Shown: positions 1 to 12,859 of the stretch, piece after piece | How positions within the stretch are numbered: the first letter of the stretch is position 1 | Layout of the letters: each line of letters opens with the position of its first letter | DNA from: Conexivisphaerales archaeon | GTDB lineage: Archaea > Thermoproteota > Nitrososphaeria > Conexivisphaerales > DTJL01 | NCBI GenBank assembly: GCA_049509455.1 | Contig: JBEKZX010000004.1 | Location: forward strand, 1 to 61,647 | Length of the DNA stretch: 61,647 bases | Direction of reading: 5' to 3' | The notes under the pieces: generated by a model | Seen by the model: only the letters and a program-made list of their open reading frames with translations | Database searches by the model: none | Told to the model about the DNA's origin: nothing | Program-made: the position numbers and the translations under genes

Positions 1-905
1 CCCATGAGCATCTCCACATGCAGGGACTTCATCTGTTTCTCGCATGCGCTTTTGAAGAACTTCCTGAAACCATGGTCCACCTGGAACTCGTGCCTTCTCT
101 TCCCTTCTGGAAGTGCCTTACGGATTCCTGTCCCTTTCAACGCATCCTCCATCATCCGCTTGATCCCCAGGCTCTTCAGGCGTTTCGGGATGTGAGGCTC
201 CCCTTTGCCCAGCTTGTCAGGATGGAAGAGATCCCTGATCACTGGGGATTCGTTATTGACCTTCTCACCGCTGCTCTTCCTGAAGCTGATGTATTCCTCT
301 AGAGCTTGATAACACTCGGGAGTTATGAAGCTGAAATACTCGTCGGGGGTCCCGGCGTAGACCTTGATTATCCCAGCAACCAGCTGCCCCTTCTCTTCGA
401 TCTTCTCGATGTGCCCCCAGTTCAGATAGTCGAAGGCTCCAATCCTGATCCCTGACGAGAGCATTACAAGCACCACTGGCTTGACTCGCCTGTCGGGGTA
501 GGCGAGGATCCGCTTGACCTCCTCGACGGTCGGGATCCTGTCCTGGCCGTAGCTCCTTCCATGGGGGATCCTCCTTCCTATCTTCTTCCAATTCAGAGTG
601 ATATCGTTCATTTCGCAGAAGAGCTTGATGGGCTTGAAGTAGTTGGGGACGGTTGCCTCTGAGATCTCCTTCCTCTCTGCCCTTTCCTTCTGGAGTCGCA
701 TGTACTCGTTGATGACGAAGGTGGCCCACTTGTCGTCTTCCTTCGCCTTCCTCGCGAAGCTGGAGGCCCTTTCACTGAACATGGTGCCTTCTGCCTTGAT
801 GTGCCTGAGGAAAAGGTCCAGCCTCCTCTCGTACTTCTCCTTCGTGACCGGCGACTTGATTGCGTCATAGAACTCTGTCAAAGGGTCCGTCTGTTCTGGG
901 TACAC
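1..905 (-). CDS. Tyrosine recombinase/integrase; 3' end beyond window start, absent from the ORF track
   Basis: Translation from GTG at 905 (MYPEQTDPLTEFYDAIKSP...) contains the catalytic boxes LSSGIRIG and HGFRKFF...EMLMG; TTAAATA box ~25 bp upstream. Confidence 0.92.
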   Translation of the reverse strand, partial: MYPEQTDPLTEFYDAIKSPVTKEKYERRLDLFLRHIKAEGTMFSERASSFARKAKEDDKWATFVINEYMRLQKERAERKEISEATVPNYFKPIKLFCEMNDITLNWKKIGRRIPHGRSYGQDRIPTVEEVKRILAYPDRRVKPVVLVMLSSGIRIGAFDYLNWGHIEKIEEKGQLVAGIIKVYAGTPDEYFSFITPECYQALEEYISFRKSSGEKVNNESPVIRDLFHPDKLGKGEPHIPKRLKSLGIKRMMEDALKGTGIRKALPEGKRRHEFQVDHGFRKFFKSACEKQMKSLHVEMLM

Positions 906-946
906 ATCCTTGGTAGATAAGGAATCCTATTTAAGAACTCAAATAG

Positions 947-1037
947 TGGCGGGCCCGGTGGGATTCGAACCCACGACCACGAGCTCTCTCCACGACTTCG
1001 GAGGCTCGCACCCTAATCCTGACTAGGCTACGGGTCC
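947..1037 (-). tRNA. tRNA-Arg(CCG) with 12-nt intron at 37/38 (986-997), encoded CCA
   Basis: GGACCCG acceptor, A20 in D-loop, CGAGC/GCTCG anticodon stem, GTGGG-TTCGAAT-CCCAC T-arm; CTCC/GGAG central BHB helix; TTTAAA ~25 bp upstream. Confidence 0.92.
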
Positions 1038-1229
1038 ACCACAAACTCCCGCCGCATGACGTTTAAAGCCTTCTGTGAGAGGCTGCTCTGCAACCTGACT
1101 TAGGCCGAATGATCCCTTATCCCCGTTTCTCCGCCCGCTACCCATCCTGCAGGGAGGCATCGTGAAGCAGGACCTTGCGGGATGCATCTCAGGAGGGCCT
1201 TCTGGCATAATGGGGGTTACGACGATCGT

Positions 1230-1508
1230 TCAGGACAACTTGTCGATGGCGGCGGCCAGCTTGAAGTCTTTGTCGGTGAGCTTCCCCGCAGAATGGGTCG
1301 TCAGCTCCAAGATCACTCCACCGTAGGACAGGACTACGTCGGGATGATGGTCCTGTCTGTCGGCGACAGCTGCCACCTTCTTGACGAACTCCAGCCCCTC
1401 ATCGAAGTCCTTGAACCTGTACTCCTTGGCCAGGACCTTCCCACGAATCGCCCAGCCATCGAGGCCGCCCAGCATGTCCTGCGCGTCGGCCTTCTTGAGT
1501 AGCTTCAT
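1230..1508 (-). CDS. phhB: Pterin-4-alpha-carbinolamine dehydratase
   Basis: MKLL start; FKDF, DHHPD and LTTH..G.LT..D..LA motifs. Confidence 0.88.
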   Translation of the reverse strand: MKLLKKADAQDMLGGLDGWAIRGKVLAKEYRFKDFDEGLEFVKKVAAVADRQDHHPDVVLSYGGVILELTTHSAGKLTDKDFKLAAAIDKLS

Positions 1509-1802
1509 ATCGCAAAGAAACGGCTGGCGGTCTAATAAGCCAACCTTAGGTTCTAGCCAGCGAGGCGGACCGCATAAGGGGTTTACGTGGGCTCCGCCAG
1601 GGGGCCTTCGGCGAGCCACCCGGAAATGTCTTCGTAGAGCCCACGACCACGAGATGAATAGATTCCTGCTTGGAAACGGGGTGAACTGGAGGTCGATCGG
1701 AAGCACGGCCAGACGAAGGGCAACGATCGCCTTAATGCCTGCCACGAAGACGCGCCTGCGTAATTCGGGGTGTTCCTTGATTTTGATGACGTGGGTGAAG
1801 CC

Positions 1803-3635
1803 CTAGTCGTCTCCGGCCTCGATCCAAGGGGTGGCGATGGGCGCCTGCACCTGCGCCTTCTCCTCCTTGATGGAGGCCAGTATCTCCTCGTAGAGGGCCT
1901 TGACCCTCCTCTTCTTGGCGGACCGGGAAAGCTTCATGATTATCAGCTTGGGCGTGCTGGAGCCTATGTGGCCGAAGATAGGCTGGCGGTCCACGATAAG
2001 GTCACCCTCGGCGTCGAGGCCCTTCGCTTCTATGCCGTCGACCCTGATGGGCAGCCTGACGTGTGGGAGCGTCTCCCGAGCCAGGTGCGTCACGACCAGC
2101 ACCAGGCTGCTGCCCGCCGCCGCCTCGTTAAGGACGGCAGCCATTATCCGCCCGGCTGCGCCAGGCTCGGTGAGGGCTTCGAACTCGTCTATGAGCACTA
2201 GTTTGCGACGCCTGTCCCCGAACACCGGAATGAGAGAGCTCAGGGCATGCTCTAGGCTCCCTATCCTTCTCGTCACCCGTTTGCGGAAGAGGTACACCGG
2301 CAGGGGCACGACCTCTGCCATGACGCAGGGCACGGGCAGGCCGAACAAGGTGAGGATGTGGACGGAGGCCAGCGTCGTCAGGAGCGTGGTCTTCCCTCCG
2401 GAGTTCGCCCCAGTCAGGACCGCCACGTTCCTGGGCTTTGCGACCTGGACGGTAAGAGCCCTCCCCAGGCTGTAACTGACGGGGAGAACCTCCCTGTCTC
2501 CTCGCCCGACGGATTCTCTGACTAAGAACGGGTTGCGGCCGCCAGTGAAACCTTCTCCCTCTTCGCCAAGGACGGGCACGTTCATGGAATAGAGTCGCAT
2601 GGCCTTTGCTATGGCTAGAGCCCTTTCCATCTCCATAACCTTCGAATCCACCAGTTCGATCAGGTCCAGGTGCTGCTTGAGAGAGGCCTCCACTCTGGCG
2701 ATCCTCTCCGCCCTTTCGTCTTCGCGCCTCTCCTTCCATCGCCTCACCACGTCGAGGAGGGCGCCTTTCTCAAACTCGAAGGGGATGTGAAGACCCTCTA
2801 GAGCAGCCCGCCTCAAGCCCTCCTCCTCGGCCGCGTTCATAGAGAGGGTGGAGACGACCTCTTCGAGCCTGGCCTCCACGGTCCTTCTCGCCGAATCTGC
2901 ATCGACGCGTTCCTTCCTGAGGTCCTCGTTGATGACCAGTTCGGCGTCGTCCAGCACGGCCTCCGCGTCCTCGATGGGACCTCCTTCCATCTCCTCGACA
3001 GTCCGCGACAGCGAGGCGAGGGCAGCCTGATCGACGGGGGAAAGGAACTCCATCACCTCGGGAACGTCACCGTAGGAGCCGAAAAGCGCTGTCGCAATCT
3101 TGAGGAACCGGCTTCTGGCGGCGAAGTAGGCGGAGATCTCCGACGCCCCCCGCGGCGTCTTCTCGTAGCCGGCCTCCTGCAAGAGCTTGAGGGCGCCTTC
3201 GAGCTTCTCCTTCCTAGAGAGACCCTCAAGCAGCCTTTGACCAATGGAGCAGAGCGAAAGCCTCCTCCGGATCAGTTCGGCTTCAAGCGTAGGGGTCGTC
3301 GTCACGAAGGCGTTCTTCGCTAGCTCAGATGAGGCCTGCTCGGCGAAAAGCGCCAGGAGGTCCTTTCCCAGCTTCCTTGCGTTGGGCGTCCTGAGCACGG
3401 CCCTCTCGGCCACCCTTCCTTCCGCTTCGTTGTGCTTCTTGACCAGCTCCAACCCCTTCCTCACGTCGGCCCTCAGGATGGAGGCGACGCCGCCGGCGTC
3501 GGCGGCCTTGAGCCTTTCCGCGAGGTCGCGCATCGCGTACTCGCTTCCCTGTGGAAGCTCGACGCCCAATGCCTTCGCCAGCCAGGTCTTGTCCCCTGTC
3601 GGTGAGCTCAGAACGGCGTCAGCCCCCTTACTCAT
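1803..3635 (-). CDS. MutS domain V ATPase protein (archaeal MutS2/MutS5-like, no recognisable mismatch-binding or Smr domain)
   Basis: LTGANSGGKTT Walker A, LIDEFEALTEPGAA, VVTHL. Confidence 0.82.
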   Translation of the reverse strand: MSKGADAVLSSPTGDKTWLAKALGVELPQGSEYAMRDLAERLKAADAGGVASILRADVRKGLELVKKHNEAEGRVAERAVLRTPNARKLGKDLLALFAEQASSELAKNAFVTTTPTLEAELIRRRLSLCSIGQRLLEGLSRKEKLEGALKLLQEAGYEKTPRGASEISAYFAARSRFLKIATALFGSYGDVPEVMEFLSPVDQAALASLSRTVEEMEGGPIEDAEAVLDDAELVINEDLRKERVDADSARRTVEARLEEVVSTLSMNAAEEEGLRRAALEGLHIPFEFEKGALLDVVRRWKERREDERAERIARVEASLKQHLDLIELVDSKVMEMERALAIAKAMRLYSMNVPVLGEEGEGFTGGRNPFLVRESVGRGDREVLPVSYSLGRALTVQVAKPRNVAVLTGANSGGKTTLLTTLASVHILTLFGLPVPCVMAEVVPLPVYLFRKRVTRRIGSLEHALSSLIPVFGDRRRKLVLIDEFEALTEPGAAGRIMAAVLNEAAAGSSLVLVVTHLARETLPHVRLPIRVDGIEAKGLDAEGDLIVDRQPIFGHIGSSTPKLIIMKLSRSAKKRRVKALYEEILASIKEEKAQVQAPIATPWIEAGDD

Positions 3636-3791
3636 ACCCTGATGGTCTCTCCCTGCCTGTTAAATCCGTTTGCGAGGACCGCCGAGCTGCACCTTCTTTT
3701 CACGCCTTCACAATTTGGCCTACTTCCCATTCAGGAACTAGATTTATTATCCCAGTGAAACCTTTCTTAGGGCTAGGTGCACGGATTCACC

Positions 3792-5363
3792 ATGCCATTT
3801 AGGAGCGAAGCGACCTGGCTGCGCCTGAGCCGGCAGGGACGCGAAAAGGAGTTTGACGACTTGTATGCAACGGCCCTGAAGGAGGTGGAGAAGGGACTGG
3901 GGAGGAGGATTCCCCTTTACATCGGAGGGAATGAGGTCAAGGCAGAGGAGGAGTTCGCCAAGGTCTCACCGGCCGACGAGCGGAAGGTCCTAGCCTACCT
4001 TCAGAAGGGGAGCACGAAGGATGCCCACAACGCCGTCGAGGCAGCAGATCGGGCCTTTCCGGCGTGGTCACGTCTTGATTACAGGAAACGCGCGCAGATA
4101 TTCTACAAGGCCGCCAATGTCATGGCCGGCAGGAAGTTCTTCCTCGCAGCGCTGATGTCAGTGGAGAACGGCAAGAACAGGGCCGAAGCTATGGGGGACG
4201 TCGACGAGGCCATCGATTACCTACGCTACTACGCCAACGAAATGCAAAGGAACAGGGGATTCGTCCACAGGATGAAGAACGTCTACCCTGGAGAGAAGGT
4301 GAAGAGCCTGCTCAAGCCCTACGGCGTATGGGGCGTAATTTCACCCTTCAACTTTCCCCTGGCCATAACTGTGGGGATGACGAGCGGCGCCCTTATTACC
4401 GGGAACACGGTCGTGCTGAAGCCGTCCAGCGACGCGCCACTTGTGGCAGTCGAATTCTATAAGGTGATGGCCGACGCGGGCCTGCCTCCCGGGGTCCTGA
4501 ACTTGGTCACCGGAGCGGGGGGCACCGTGGGCGATGCGATCCTTGGAAACCCGAAGGTGATGGGAATCGCCTTCACCGGTTCCTATGACGTCGGCGCCAA
4601 AGGATACACTAAGTTCAGCGCCAAAGGTCCCAAGCCGTTCATCGCCGAGATGGGCGGCAAGAACGCCGCCATTGTCACCTCCAAGGCTGACCTCAACAAG
4701 GCGGTCGAAGGCGTCGCCAGGGGGGCCTTCGGCTTTGGCGGTCAGAAGTGCAGCGCAACAAGCAGGGTCATAGTGTTCAAGGACGTCCACCGGGAGTTCG
4801 TGGAGAAGCTCGTCGCACGCACGGAGAAGTGCGTCGTCGGCGACCCCACCAAGAAGGAGGTCTTCGTGGGTCCGCTCATCAACAGGGCAGCCGTGGCGAA
4901 GTATTCCGCCGCCATCGCCGACGCGTCCAGAGACTGCAAGATACTGTACGGAGGCAGGCTCCTCAAGGAAGGCGGCTTCGCGCATGGCAACTTCGTCGCC
5001 CCGACTATCGTAGACGGGATACCGAAGGGCCACAGGCTCGAGCTGGAGGAGCTCTTCGTCCCAGTGCTGTCGGTCATCGAGGTGAGAGACCTTGACGAGG
5101 CTCTGGAGGTCGCCAACGAGGTCGAATATGGCCTCACGGGCGGGATCTTCACCGAAGATCCGAAGGAGGCTCGGCGCTACTTCGAAGAGATTCACGCCGG
5201 CGTCGTCTACTGGAACAGGTCCGTCGGAGCGACCACCGGTGCGATGGTGGGCGTCCAATCGTTCGTGGGCTGGAAGCACAGCGGCTCGACGGGGAAGGGG
5301 GCGGGAGGGATATACTACCTGACTCAGTTCCTTCGCGAGCAGTGCCAGTCCGTCTACGCCTAG
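3792..5363 (+). CDS. Aldehyde dehydrogenase, L-glutamate gamma-semialdehyde (P5C) dehydrogenase type
   Basis: ISPFNFP, FTGS, AEMGGKN, GQKCSATSR, EELFVP, YGLTGG. Confidence 0.88.
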   Translation: MPFRSEATWLRLSRQGREKEFDDLYATALKEVEKGLGRRIPLYIGGNEVKAEEEFAKVSPADERKVLAYLQKGSTKDAHNAVEAADRAFPAWSRLDYRKRAQIFYKAANVMAGRKFFLAALMSVENGKNRAEAMGDVDEAIDYLRYYANEMQRNRGFVHRMKNVYPGEKVKSLLKPYGVWGVISPFNFPLAITVGMTSGALITGNTVVLKPSSDAPLVAVEFYKVMADAGLPPGVLNLVTGAGGTVGDAILGNPKVMGIAFTGSYDVGAKGYTKFSAKGPKPFIAEMGGKNAAIVTSKADLNKAVEGVARGAFGFGGQKCSATSRVIVFKDVHREFVEKLVARTEKCVVGDPTKKEVFVGPLINRAAVAKYSAAIADASRDCKILYGGRLLKEGGFAHGNFVAPTIVDGIPKGHRLELEELFVPVLSVIEVRDLDEALEVANEVEYGLTGGIFTEDPKEARRYFEEIHAGVVYWNRSVGATTGAMVGVQSFVGWKHSGSTGKGAGGIYYLTQFLREQCQSVYA

Positions 5364-6616
5364 ACGAACTCTCCGCCGAGGAGATCCCTGGCGGCGATGT
5401 GCTTCATTACGTTCTGAGCCCCTTCGGCCCCTATGATGTAGGACGTGAGTCCCAGGAAGGCCCGATGGACAGGATGCTCACTCGTGTAGGATATGGCGCC
5501 ATGCCATTTCATAACTTCGAGGGCCACCTCCACCGAGACCTCCGGGGCCCACATCTTGGCCATAGCCACCGGGACGTTCAGGTCCTTCATCTCGTACCTG
5601 GCGTCCTTCTGGAAGTATATCCTATCGAACAGCTTGGCTGCCCTGAAAACCATCATGGAGGCGGCCTCGTACTTGCCGAAGAGCTCGGCGAAGCGGAAAT
5701 TGACGGCCTCGTAAGTGGAGACCTTCCTCCCTCCCACTTCCCTCGCCTTAATCCATTCGGCCCCCCTGTCCAGGAGCCATCGCGTCGCCCCCACGCAGGC
5801 TGCGGCGACGAGTATCCTCGCTCCGTTGAAACCCTCCATCAGGACATAGAAGCCCCTGTTCTCTTCGCCCACAAGGTCGTCCTTCGACAGCTCGAAGCCG
5901 TCTAGGTTGAGGGTCCCAGTGCTCAGCCCATGGCGCCCGATGCCGTCGAAGAGCGACCAGGAGACGCCCTTCTTCGGCGCACCTCCCTCCCTGGCGAGGA
6001 ATGAGAAGGTGGAGAGCCCGCGGTGGCCCTCGCTCCCCGTCCTCGCCACCAGCAGCCAACCGCCCCCGAAGGGGAGGTTGAACACTTCGTTCACTCCGCT
6101 GATGTAGGTCTTTTCGCCTGAGGCACGGTATCCCCCGGCCTCAGGGACAGCCCTGGTCCTTAGGCCCTGGATGTCCGACCCACTCTGAGACTCGGTCGAA
6201 GCGATGCCGAAGAAAGAGTCGCCCTTCGCCACCTCTCTTATGACCTTCTTGGCCACGGCCTCGTCCCCATGCCTTTCAAGGATGAATGGCCAGCCGATGT
6301 TCAGGAGAGCATAGACCGCTGTGGCCACGGAGGGGTCGGCGTAGGCCAGCTCCTCTACAGCGATGGCGGCCATGGTCTGGGTCCCACCCTGGCCTCCGAA
6401 ATCAGGGCTGCAGGTGAGGCCCAGGATGCCCTGCTCCCCCATCTTCTTGGCTACGTCGTTCATGGGCTTGTGGGTGGCCGCGGCCTCGTCGTCCGCCTTC
6501 TCCCATTGAGGAGCGACTACCTTCTGGGAGAAGGAGCGAACGGACTCCCTGAAGATGAGCTCCTCCTCGGAGAGCTCCAGTAGGGGGTTCTTGGGATAGT
6601 TGAAGGAGGCGGTCAT
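5360..6616 (-). CDS. Acyl-CoA dehydrogenase
   Basis: STESQSGSD, GEKTYISG, ARILVAA, AMAK, IIGAEGAQNV; TTATATAT ~25 bp upstream of the MTASF start. Confidence 0.88.
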   Translation of the reverse strand: MTASFNYPKNPLLELSEEELIFRESVRSFSQKVVAPQWEKADDEAAATHKPMNDVAKKMGEQGILGLTCSPDFGGQGGTQTMAAIAVEELAYADPSVATAVYALLNIGWPFILERHGDEAVAKKVIREVAKGDSFFGIASTESQSGSDIQGLRTRAVPEAGGYRASGEKTYISGVNEVFNLPFGGGWLLVARTGSEGHRGLSTFSFLAREGGAPKKGVSWSLFDGIGRHGLSTGTLNLDGFELSKDDLVGEENRGFYVLMEGFNGARILVAAACVGATRWLLDRGAEWIKAREVGGRKVSTYEAVNFRFAELFGKYEAASMMVFRAAKLFDRIYFQKDARYEMKDLNVPVAMAKMWAPEVSVEVALEVMKWHGAISYTSEHPVHRAFLGLTSYIIGAEGAQNVMKHIAARDLLGGEFV

Positions 6617-6669
6617 ACGAAGCCGTGAGCGCCCTCTCGGATATATAAGCGCTAGAAGGAGACGCGCCC

Positions 6670-9559
<2,890 letters not shown>

Positions 9560-9769
9560 GTTCTCGGTCTCTACTCTAGCCTGTAATATTTATGCCTAAT
9601 GCTACTCCTTTCCTGTAAGACTTTTGTCATTGGCCATAACCCCGGCCGAACGAAGAAGCCGCGAGTTATCAATTGAGCCGCCACAACCACATAGCCGTAG
9701 GCGTCGTGCCTGCCAGCGCGACCACAAAGGTTTTAGAGCTCCGACCGGAGCCTTCGTAGGAGATTCGAA

Positions 9770-10339
9770 GTGGATCAAAGGGCCCTCTCGGAGCTGCTTT
9801 CACGTCCTGCCTCCGACTTCGTCCAGAAGGACGTGGTTTTCCTGGACGCCGGGGCTTCGGTTAAGGAAGCGGCCGCGAAGATGAAGGAGACTCGCAACGA
9901 CAGCGTGATAATAACGGAGGGCGGTCTCCCGGTCGGAATCCTGACCGAGCGCGACGTTTGCTACAGGATCGTGGCGCCGGGGCTTGACCCCCGGATGGTG
10001 AAGCTGGGGGAGGTCATGTCCAAGCCCCTCATCACCCTCTCCAAGAGCCGAACGCTTTCAGAGGCGCTGGCCCTTATGGCTTCTAGGGATACTAGGAGGC
10101 TCGTCCTCGTCAACGGCGATGGCACCGTCTTCGGGCTCATAACTAGATGGGGTTTCACCGGCCAGGGAGGAGGCGGGGTCTTGCCGCTCCCCGTGAACTA
10201 CACAGGCCATGGGTTGGTCTGCCCGTTCTGCGCGTCGGTCCTGGAAGATGCGGAAAGCCTTTCAAGACACATCGACCAAATCCACATTGGCGGAGAGCTC
10301 GCCGATGGCCGAGACCACCTCTGGGCCAAAAAGAAGTAA
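9770..10339 (+). CDS. CBS-pair protein with C-terminal C2H2 zinc finger
   Basis: GILTERD and GLIT CBS motifs; CPFC-x12-HIDQIH. Confidence 0.85.
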   Translation: MDQRALSELLSRPASDFVQKDVVFLDAGASVKEAAAKMKETRNDSVIITEGGLPVGILTERDVCYRIVAPGLDPRMVKLGEVMSKPLITLSKSRTLSEALALMASRDTRRLVLVNGDGTVFGLITRWGFTGQGGGGVLPLPVNYTGHGLVCPFCASVLEDAESLSRHIDQIHIGGELADGRDHLWAKKK

Positions 10340-10426
10340 CTAGAGGGCTCTCGCTACACCTTGGAGCGGCTGCGGCTCCTCGGGCGCGCCTGAACGCTGG
10401 TCTCCCTGCTTCTGACGCTAGCCCAC

Positions 10427-10714
10427 TTGGGGGTCGACTCCATGTTCCTGTCCCAGGGCTCGGGCCTGACCTTCCTCGTCGGCGAGAGCGTCTTCCGGAT
10501 GGTCCTGTACCTTACATCCGCCTATCTTTCCCTCAGGGCTTGGAAGTACAGGGCGGTGGTGATGCTCATCGCCGGCGCCAACGCGGCGAGGGTCGCACCA
10601 ACCATCGTCGACCCTTACGGCGTCCTGGGCCCCCGACATGATTTCGGCACATGCGTCGCTACCAACCGTCATCTGCCTTCTCGGCCTCCTGGCCTTCTGC
10701 CGGGTCGTCGCTAA
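10427..10714 (+). pseudogene. Possible relic of an exosortase/archaeosortase-like membrane protein
   Basis: Short hydrophobic ORF with ANAARV (N-x2-R) followed by HDFG; catalytic Cys region not recognisable. Confidence 0.25.
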
Positions 10715-10786
10715 GGAGCGTTCCCTGACGCGATCTGCGATATAGTCGAAAATCTTATACGCAATTATTCGGCTAATCAGGTCGCA

Positions 10787-11881
10787 ATGCGTGAAAAAGG
10801 CGAACTGGTCGAAGGAATGTACACGCGCGTCGACCATGCCCTCCTGACAAGCTTCGTGTCCGACGTGCTGGTCAAGCTCGGCGTCCCGCCGGGGGACGCC
10901 TCCATCACAGCCGAGAACCTGGTCAAGGCCGACCTGCGCGGGATCGAGTCGCACGGCGTGGCCAGGCTGAAACGTTACACTGACGGCATCAAGAACGGCG
11001 TAGTGAACGTCAACCCCCAGATCAAGGTCGTCCGCCAATCTCCGGTGACGGCCCTCCTGGACGGCGACTCGGGGCTGGGCCAAGTGGTGTCTCATCGCGC
11101 AATGAGCTTAGCCATTGAGAAGGCCAAGGGCAACTATGTCGGGCTCGTGGGGGTGAGGAACAGCAACCATTTCGGTATAGCTGGCTTCTACGGCCTGATG
11201 GCCCTGAGGCAGGACCTGATCGGGCTGGTCATGACGAACACCCGCCCTCTTGTGGCGCACACCTTCTCTAGACAGAAGCTGGTCGGAACGAACCCCATCT
11301 GCGTCGCAGTCCCCACCTCCGGCCGAGGCTTCGTGCTGGACATGGCCACCAGCGTCGCTCCAATCGGAAAATTGGAGGTCGCAAAGCGCATCGGCAAGAA
11401 GGTCCCCATCGGATGGGGTATTGACACCGACGGCAACCTCACCGACGACCCTGACAAGATTTCAAAGGGCTCCCTCCTCCCCCTCGGCGGCCTCGGGGAA
11501 ATGTTGGGCGGACACAAGGGCTATGGCCTCGGGGCCGTGGTCGATATCTTCTCAGGGGTGTTGACAGGCGCCCAGTGGAGCTCCGGAGTGGGTGAGACCC
11601 AGGGACCCGCTCCTGCCGACGTCGGCCACTTCTTCGGCGCCATCAACGTCGAGGCCTTCATGGACCTCCCCGAGTTCAAGTCGAGGATGGACCAGCTCAT
11701 CGCCAAGCTGAAAGGCGCTGAGCTCCTCCCGGGCGCCGAGGAGATATACGTAGCCGGCGAGAAGTCGTACTACACCGAAGACGTGCGACGCAAGGCCGGA
11801 GTGGCCCTGGACGCCAAGACCATGGAGATGCTGAAGCAGCTGGGGGCCGACGTGGGTGTCCCCTTCCAGGCCGGAAAGTAG
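10787..11881 (+). CDS. Ldh_2 family (malate/L-lactate/ComC/AllD-like) dehydrogenase
   Basis: ADLRGIESHG, NSNHFG, GTNPI, LDMATS, GHKGYGL. Confidence 0.92.
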   Translation: MREKGELVEGMYTRVDHALLTSFVSDVLVKLGVPPGDASITAENLVKADLRGIESHGVARLKRYTDGIKNGVVNVNPQIKVVRQSPVTALLDGDSGLGQVVSHRAMSLAIEKAKGNYVGLVGVRNSNHFGIAGFYGLMALRQDLIGLVMTNTRPLVAHTFSRQKLVGTNPICVAVPTSGRGFVLDMATSVAPIGKLEVAKRIGKKVPIGWGIDTDGNLTDDPDKISKGSLLPLGGLGEMLGGHKGYGLGAVVDIFSGVLTGAQWSSGVGETQGPAPADVGHFFGAINVEAFMDLPEFKSRMDQLIAKLKGAELLPGAEEIYVAGEKSYYTEDVRRKAGVALDAKTMEMLKQLGADVGVPFQAGK

Positions 11882-11997
11882 GCCCCCACGGTTTTCCTCG
11901 CCGGCGGAGCTTGTGCAAGCCGTCCCGAGGCCGCGCCTTGGGAAGATTCTAAGAGAAGCCGAAAACGGATTGAGAATTCGACACTTCTTGATGCAAT

Positions 11998-12270
11998 GTG
12001 TCCGAGCCTACCTACAAGGCAAAACAGTTCAGGCTCCAGAATGAGGCTCAGGAGCATCTACGTCAAGACGAACGAGGAGCACTACAAACTCTACAACGGG
12101 TACGTGAACAAGTGGAACGAAATCCTTGGCCGGCTGAAGACCAGCTACAAAACCAAGGCGGCGGGGACCTACAGCGAATACAGGAAGCTGAAGAGGCAGG
12201 AGACGTTCAACGCCAACGGAACGCTTCTCCATGAGATCTTCTTCAGTAGCTCATGGGGCGACGGGCAGGC
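11998..12270 (+). pseudogene. Frameshifted, truncated Fe/Mn superoxide dismutase (N-terminal half only)
   Basis: MSEPTYKAK in one frame, then EHYKLYNGYVNKWNE...NGTLLHEIFF in another; DxWEH domain absent. Confidence 0.75.
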
Positions 12271-12274
12271 CGGG

Positions 12275-12751
12275 TCAGCGGCCTCGCGGAGCCCGCCTGC
12301 CCTTCCTAGGCGCGACGAGCTTGCGCCTTGGTTTGATTAGCAGCTTCTCGACCTCCTTCATGGTCTGGACTTCGTAGCCGTTCCTCATGAAGAACGAAAG
12401 GGAGGCCTTGTTCCAACCGTACACTAGCCCGTTCACCTTCGACACCCCCTTCTCCCTCATCCGGTCCTCCAGCTCCCGGATGAGCTTCGATGCAACCCCC
12501 TTCCTCCTCGCATCGGGGCGAACTCCCAGGTGGTATATCCAGCCCCGTCGACCGTCCCAAGCTCCCATGACGCTCCCCATTATGCGCCCTCCCTCTTCAG
12601 CGACGAGGAACAGGTCGGGATCTCTGCCCACCTTTACTCTTATGGATTCGAGGTCATCTCCGAGCCGGAACCCCAAGCCCGCCTCCAACCACAGCTGGGC
12701 GACGGCGACATAATCGTCAAGCCTAAACTCTCTGATCTTCATGTCGTCCAT
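12275..12751 (-). CDS. GNAT acetyltransferase (YpeA-like)
   Basis: DGRRGWIYHLGVRPDARRKGVA, N..SL.FF...GY. Confidence 0.88.
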   Translation of the reverse strand: MDDMKIREFRLDDYVAVAQLWLEAGLGFRLGDDLESIRVKVGRDPDLFLVAEEGGRIMGSVMGAWDGRRGWIYHLGVRPDARRKGVASKLIRELEDRMREKGVSKVNGLVYGWNKASLSFFMRNGYEVQTMKEVEKLLIKPRRKLVAPRKGRRAPRGR

Positions 12752-12859
12752 CAGACGTTCAACTGTTCCTAGGATGGATAATAAGAGGGTTCCGCGTCCA
12801 CGGCGAGAGACCCTACCTTCATCAACGCTTTTATTTTCCATTCAAGGTCTTCCCCCGCG

